From Thermoplasmata archaeon (GTDB lineage Archaea; Thermoplasmatota; Thermoplasmata; Lutacidiplasmatales; UBA184): 64,000 nucleotides of DNA. The stretch spans positions 2,101 to 66,100 of the forward strand of contig DASPQC010000003.1 of assembly GCA_035625165.1 (NCBI GenBank), given 5' to 3'. The position numbers and the translations under genes were made by a program. This document shows, one piece after another, positions 59,725-64,000 of the stretch (position 1 is the stretch's first letter; every line of letters begins with the position of its first letter). The notes under the pieces were generated by a model. That model saw only the letters and a program-made list of their open reading frames with translations. It did no database searches and was not told the origin of the DNA.

Positions 59725-61212
59725 ATGCTCCCGTGGATCTCGATCGTCCTCGGGACCCTGCTCGCCGGGACCGTCCTCACGTTCGCCTCGGGCCGGTACG
59801 CCCGCTGGGTCGCCCTCGCGACGTCGGCCGTGTTCCTCCTCGAGGTGTCGGCGCTCCTCCTGGTCTACCCCGGCTGGCCGGGCTACGCGAACGGCATCCC
59901 GGGGTTCGCGCTCTCGGAGTCGCACCCGTGGATCCACTTGGGCTGGCTCCAGGTGAACTACACGGTCGGGGTGGACGGCATCTCCCTCGTCCTGATCCTC
60001 CTCACGGCGATCCTGCAGATCGCGACGGTCGTCTACTCGTGGGGCGAGGAGAAGCGGCCGGCCGCCTACTTCGGCCTCGTCCTGTTGACGTGCCTGGGCT
60101 GCGCCGGGGTCTTCGTCGCGCTCGACATCCTCCTCTTCTTCCTGTTCTGGGAGGCCGTCCTCGTCCCGATGTTCTTCCTGATCGGTTTCTGGGGAGGACC
60201 GCGGCGCCGCTACGCCGCGCTCAAGTTCTTCGTCTACACCCACGTCGCCTCGATCTCGATGCTGGTGGGGCTGCTCGCGCTCGCCTTCTACTCCGGCGCG
60301 ACCTCCTTCGACTTCTCGGCCGTCTACGCGGCGGCCCCCTCCCTCTCCCCGGTCGTCCAGTCGTTCCTGTTCCTCGCGCTGTTCTTCGGCTTCGGGGTCA
60401 AGTTCCCGATCGTCCCGTTCCACACCTGGCTCCCCGACGCCCACGTCGAAGCGCCGACGGGAGGGTCGGTGCTGCTCGCCGGGCTCCTCTTGAAGCTCGG
60501 CGGCTACGGGCTCATCCGCTGGGCGGTCGAGATCCTGGGGAGCCCCGGGCGGGTGGGGCTCCACAACGTCCAGCCGATCCTGTTCTTCGTCGCCTTCCTC
60601 TCGATCGCCTGGGGGTCGATCGTCTCCCTCTCCCAGCGGGACCTCAAACGGCTGGTCGCCTACTCGTCCATCAACCACATGGGCATCGTACTGCTCGCGA
60701 TCGCCCTCGACTCCTCCCTCGGGCTCCTGGCCGCGGTCCTCCTCATGTTCGCCCACGGGGTCGTGAGCGGTCTCATGTTCATGACCGCCGGGACCGTTCA
60801 CCACACGTTCGGCTCCCGCGACATCCCCTCGATCGGCGGAATCACCCCGACCACCCCCGCGCTTTCCACCATGATCATGGTGGGGTCGCTCGCCTCGCTC
60901 GGGCTCCCGGCGCTCATCAGCTTCCCCGCCGAATTCGCCGCCCTGCTCGCGACCTGGGACGGCCTCACCTACTGGGTGTTCATTCCGCTCATCATCCTGG
61001 TCGTCACCGCGGCGTTCTACCTCTGGATGATGCAGCGGATGCTCTTCGGACCGCCGAAGGGCGTGCCGCTCGAGACCCAGGACGTGAACTGGTACGAAGG
61101 GGCCGGGATGGGCCTCCTGGTCGCGATGACCGTCCTGTTCGGGATCCTGCCCGGGTTGCTCGTGAACGTCATCACGAGCTCCCCGGTGAAGGGCTTCCCC
61201 GGAGGGCCGTAG
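59725..61212 (+). CDS. nuoM: Complex I-like subunit M (antiporter-like)
   Basis: FWEAVLVPMFFLIGFWGG, KFPIVPFHTWLPDAHVEAPT. ATG 59725 is preceded by GGAGGT. Confidence 0.92.
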   Translation: MLPWISIVLGTLLAGTVLTFASGRYARWVALATSAVFLLEVSALLLVYPGWPGYANGIPGFALSESHPWIHLGWLQVNYTVGVDGISLVLILLTAILQIATVVYSWGEEKRPAAYFGLVLLTCLGCAGVFVALDILLFFLFWEAVLVPMFFLIGFWGGPRRRYAALKFFVYTHVASISMLVGLLALAFYSGATSFDFSAVYAAAPSLSPVVQSFLFLALFFGFGVKFPIVPFHTWLPDAHVEAPTGGSVLLAGLLLKLGGYGLIRWAVEILGSPGRVGLHNVQPILFFVAFLSIAWGSIVSLSQRDLKRLVAYSSINHMGIVLLAIALDSSLGLLAAVLLMFAHGVVSGLMFMTAGTVHHTFGSRDIPSIGGITPTTPALSTMIMVGSLASLGLPALISFPAEFAALLATWDGLTYWVFIPLIILVVTAAFYLWMMQRMLFGPPKGVPLETQDVNWYEGAGMGLLVAMTVLFGILPGLLVNVITSSPVKGFPGGP

Positions 61213-61216
61213 CCCG

Positions 61217-62821
61217 ATGGCGCTCGCGTCGTTCGTCGGGCCATGGGTCCCCGAGCTCATCCTCCTCGGGGCCGCCCTCCTCATCTTCCTCTTCGATGTG
61301 GTCGGGGTGCGTCGGCTCGAGGCGGTGGGCGCGGTCGCCGTCGGCGGGACGGCGCTCGCGCTGCTGTTCGTGGTCGCCGACCTGGGGTTCGCGCCGATCG
61401 CTGGCCTCGCGACCGTCCCCGCGGGACAGGTCGACCCGGCCCCTGCGCTCCGCACGGCCTCTCTCTACACCTTCACCTCGCTCGGCCTCGTCTTCCAGGC
61501 GATCTTCCTCCTCGCCGCGTTGCTGGTCTCGGTCGCCTCGTTGAGCCGACCGAGCCGAGAGAAGGGCGCTCCGATCTTCTTCGGGCTCCTCTCGCTCGCG
61601 ACCCTCGGCATGCTCTTGGTCGCGGTCGCCTCCGACCTCATCTTCCTCCTCCTGTCGATCGAGGTCACCAGCATCTCGACCTACCTCCTGGTCGCCTATT
61701 CGCGCCGGGACGCCCGCTCGCTCGAGGCGGCGATGAAGTTCTACATCATCGGCGCCCTCTCGACCACCCTCTCGTTCTTCGGGGCTTCCCTGCTCTTCGG
61801 CGCCTACGGGACGACCAACCTCTACCTCATCCACTCGCAGGCGGCCGCCGGGACGACGATCGCCGGCGGACCGGTCCTCGTCCTCCTCGGCTACGCCTTC
61901 TTGATCGCCGGGCTCGCGTTCAAGGCGACCCTCGTGCCGTTCCACGCCTGGGCGGTGGACGTCTACGACGGCGCGCCGACCGACGTCACCGCCTTCCTCG
62001 CGGGCGCTTCGAAGAAGGTCGGCATCTTCGCCTTCTTCCTCGTCCTCATCGGCCCGGTCCTCGTCGTCACGTCGACCGGGTGGTCGCCGTTCGCCGGCGG
62101 CTCGGCCGCCCTGGGGCCGGTGGTGCAGATCGTCCTCGCCGTGGTCGCGGTCCTCACGATGACGGTGGGCAACGTGCTCGCGCTCCTCCAGAAGGAGATG
62201 AAGCGGATGCTCGCCTACTCCTCGATCAGCCAGGCCGGCTACATGCTGATCGGGATCACGGTCGGCACGGCGCCGGCGATCGCGGGTGCGACGCTCCAGG
62301 TCTTCGCCCACGTGTTCATGAAGGGCGGCGCGTTCCTCGTGGTCGCGGGGGTCGCCGGCCTCGGCGTCGGCCCCCTCATCGACGACTGGCGGGGGCTCGG
62401 CGCGCGGCGGCCGCTCCTCGGTACGGCCTTCGGCCTGATGCTGCTCTCGCTCGCCGGCGTGCCGTTCACGATCGGGTTCTGGTCGAAGTTCATCCTGTTC
62501 AGCTCGGCCGTCCAAGCCCAGGGCTACTTCGTCTGGCTCGCGGTGGCGGGGCTGCTCAACAGCGCCCTCTCGGTATTCTACTACGCCCGCGTCCTCAAGG
62601 TGATGTTCTTCGACACCCCGCCCGCCCCGGCCCCTCTACCGGCGGGCGCGGTGGTCGGCGGTTCGGAGCCGCCGGTCCTGGGGGCCGGCGGGTTCGGCTG
62701 GGGCCGGGCCGTCGCGGTCGGGATCGCCGCGGTGGCGATCGTGGCGCTCGGGGTCTACCCCCAGCCGATCTTCGGCGCCGTCCAGACGGCGGCCCAGCAC
62801 TTCGTGGCGACCGGGGCGTAA
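61217..62821 (+). CDS. nuoN: Complex I-like subunit N (antiporter-like)
   Basis: FKATLVPFHAWAVDVYDGAPT, AYSSISQAGYML. 534 aa. Confidence 0.9.
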   Translation: MALASFVGPWVPELILLGAALLIFLFDVVGVRRLEAVGAVAVGGTALALLFVVADLGFAPIAGLATVPAGQVDPAPALRTASLYTFTSLGLVFQAIFLLAALLVSVASLSRPSREKGAPIFFGLLSLATLGMLLVAVASDLIFLLLSIEVTSISTYLLVAYSRRDARSLEAAMKFYIIGALSTTLSFFGASLLFGAYGTTNLYLIHSQAAAGTTIAGGPVLVLLGYAFLIAGLAFKATLVPFHAWAVDVYDGAPTDVTAFLAGASKKVGIFAFFLVLIGPVLVVTSTGWSPFAGGSAALGPVVQIVLAVVAVLTMTVGNVLALLQKEMKRMLAYSSISQAGYMLIGITVGTAPAIAGATLQVFAHVFMKGGAFLVVAGVAGLGVGPLIDDWRGLGARRPLLGTAFGLMLLSLAGVPFTIGFWSKFILFSSAVQAQGYFVWLAVAGLLNSALSVFYYARVLKVMFFDTPPAPAPLPAGAVVGGSEPPVLGAGGFGWGRAVAVGIAAVAIVALGVYPQPIFGAVQTAAQHFVATGA

Positions 62822-62826
62822 GGCCC

Positions 62827-63927
62827 ATGGAACGGTTCGACGTCGTCGTCGTCGGGGCGGGACCCGCCGGGTCGCTCGCGGCCCGCGCCGCCGCTCAGGG
62901 CGGGGCCCGTACCCTGCTCCTCGACCATCGCGAGGAGCTCGGTCACCCGGTCCAGTGCGGGGAGTTCGTCCCCGCCCCGCGCGAGCTCATCGACCTCTTC
63001 GGTTGCCCGGAGCTGGTCGCGGCCGCCTACGAGATCCCGCCGGAAACCGTCCTCCGCGAGACCCGGTACATGACGTGCATCTCCCCCTACGGACACCGGT
63101 TCCGGTTCCCCCTCGCCGGTGCGACCGTCTCCCGCCGGGCGTTCGACAAGGCCCTTGCCATCGAGGCCGAGGGGGCCGGTGCCCAGCTCCGGTACCCCGT
63201 GGGGGTCACCGGCGTCTTCGACGACGAGGTCCGGCTCGCCGACCGGACGAGCATCCGGGCCGAAGTCGTGGTCGGGGCGGACGGCCCGATCTCGACGGTC
63301 GGCCGATCGGTCGGCTTCCGACCGGCGCGCGTCCTGTTCCGCATGATCACGGCGACCGTGGATGGTCCGCTGGACGAGGACATCGACGTCTATTTCGGTC
63401 GGACGGCCCACCACGGCTACGCGTGGCGGTTCCCGAGGGCCCACGACGCGAACGTCGGGCTGGGCGTCCAGCGGCTCCGGCCGGGGGAGACGCTGGGGGG
63501 ACTGCTCCACCGGTTCCTCGAGCGGACGGGGCTCGGACCGTCCCGCGCCCCGACCACGTGGTGGGTCCCGATCGGCCCCCCGCCGGAGAGCCTCGTCTTC
63601 GGCCGCGCGCTCCTCGCCGGGGACGCCGCGAACCTGGTGATGGCGACCAACGGCGGCGGGATCCCGACGGCGATGCTGAGCGGCTGGCTCGCCGGAGGGG
63701 CCGCCGCCCGCCACGTCCGCGAGGGGCGACCGCTCTCGGACTACGACCCGGCCTGGCGGGCTGCGCTCCACCATCCGCTCGACCGGGCCGCCCGGCTACA
63801 ACGGTTCGCCGACCGGATCAGCGGGAACGACCCCCTCTTGGCGCTGGGTATGCGATATATCGGGGTGTCGGGTCTCGACGCGATGATGCGGCTGCGTTGG
63901 CCCGCCCGGCTGGGGAGGAACTCGTGA
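62827..63927 (+). CDS. Geranylgeranyl reductase family flavoprotein (second copy), directly after nuoN
   Basis: VVVVGAGPAGS, HPVQCGEFVP, LLAGDAANLVMATNGGGI. ATG lies 5 nt after the nuoN stop. Its own stop overlaps a following GTG (63924). Confidence 0.85.
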   Translation: MERFDVVVVGAGPAGSLAARAAAQGGARTLLLDHREELGHPVQCGEFVPAPRELIDLFGCPELVAAAYEIPPETVLRETRYMTCISPYGHRFRFPLAGATVSRRAFDKALAIEAEGAGAQLRYPVGVTGVFDDEVRLADRTSIRAEVVVGADGPISTVGRSVGFRPARVLFRMITATVDGPLDEDIDVYFGRTAHHGYAWRFPRAHDANVGLGVQRLRPGETLGGLLHRFLERTGLGPSRAPTTWWVPIGPPPESLVFGRALLAGDAANLVMATNGGGIPTAMLSGWLAGGAAARHVREGRPLSDYDPAWRAALHHPLDRAARLQRFADRISGNDPLLALGMRYIGVSGLDAMMRLRWPARLGRNS

Positions 63928-64000
63928 CGGTCGGCCCCGGCCCGGACGCCGCCGAAGCGTCCCTCGAGGCGCTGGTCACGCAGACGCTCGGCGCCGCGAC

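Noticed and set aside
63924-64000. A partial ORF starting at GTG 63924 (VTVGPGPDAAEASLEALVTQTLGAA...), overlapping the GGR stop.
   Set aside because: Only about 25 codons are visible before the window ends. That is too short to assign or even to confirm as coding, so I mention it only as possible operon continuation.
1-64000. CRISPR arrays, rRNA or tRNA genes, and defence islands (restriction-modification, toxin-antitoxin, Argonaute, CBASS-like).
   Set aside because: I saw no regularly spaced identical repeats and no rRNA/tRNA-like conserved blocks. There are no nuclease, helicase or methylase gene clusters. The SHOCT and RHH proteins present do not sit in toxin-antitoxin-like pairs.

Overview
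Very GC-rich archaeal chromosomal segment. Archaeal markers are archaeosine tRNA-guanine transglycosylase, Kae1, PriS, FEN1, Rio1 with a KH/Dim2-like protein, a PAC2 chaperone with an HbYX tail, ApgM, class-III-signal-peptide pilin-like proteins and geranylgeranyl reductases. The lineage cannot be fixed from the sequence alone. I support about 62 protein genes, tightly packed, with many 4-nt stop/start overlaps. I found no rRNA, tRNA, CRISPR array, transposase or integrase. Most of the window is housekeeping. It includes a P-type Cu-ATPase with an unlisted 48-aa YHS metallochaperone ORF, a CBS / cystathionine gamma-lyase / CysRS operon, AhcY-GcvH, a fused 3-hydroxyacyl-CoA dehydrogenase/enoyl-CoA hydratase, an ApgM-Trm5-PEP synthase operon, FEN1 / formiminotransferase-cyclodeaminase / riboflavin reductase, a Rio1-KH-PriS operon, NfeD-SPFH, and an 11-gene nuoABCDHIJKLMN cluster with no nuoEFG in the window. 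The least ordinary region is 33.3-39.2 kb. It holds two type-IV-pilin-like surface proteins and the only long, GC-poorer intergenic spacer (~575 bp), which carries repeated GTTCGAC and ACGTCA motifs and a perfect 14-bp palindrome. Downstream of the spacer lie a tandem-RHH DNA-binding protein, an FtsZ/tubulin homologue that has the GTPase domain and a T7-like loop but no C-terminal domain, and a 60-aa two-TM protein. I rank this as the best candidate for an uncharacterised cytoskeletal, division or segregation module. Other candidates are a BlaI/BlaR1-like/secreted-protein operon, a 17-residue-repeat beta-helix (bactofilin-like) protein coupled to a wHTH gene, glycoprotein-TM-zinc-ribbon surface proteins, and a NuoI with four instead of two [4Fe-4S] motifs. 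Start codons are often uncertain (GTG/TTG starts, apparently leaderless transcripts). The many long opposite-strand and alternative-frame ORFs in the track look like high-GC artefacts.
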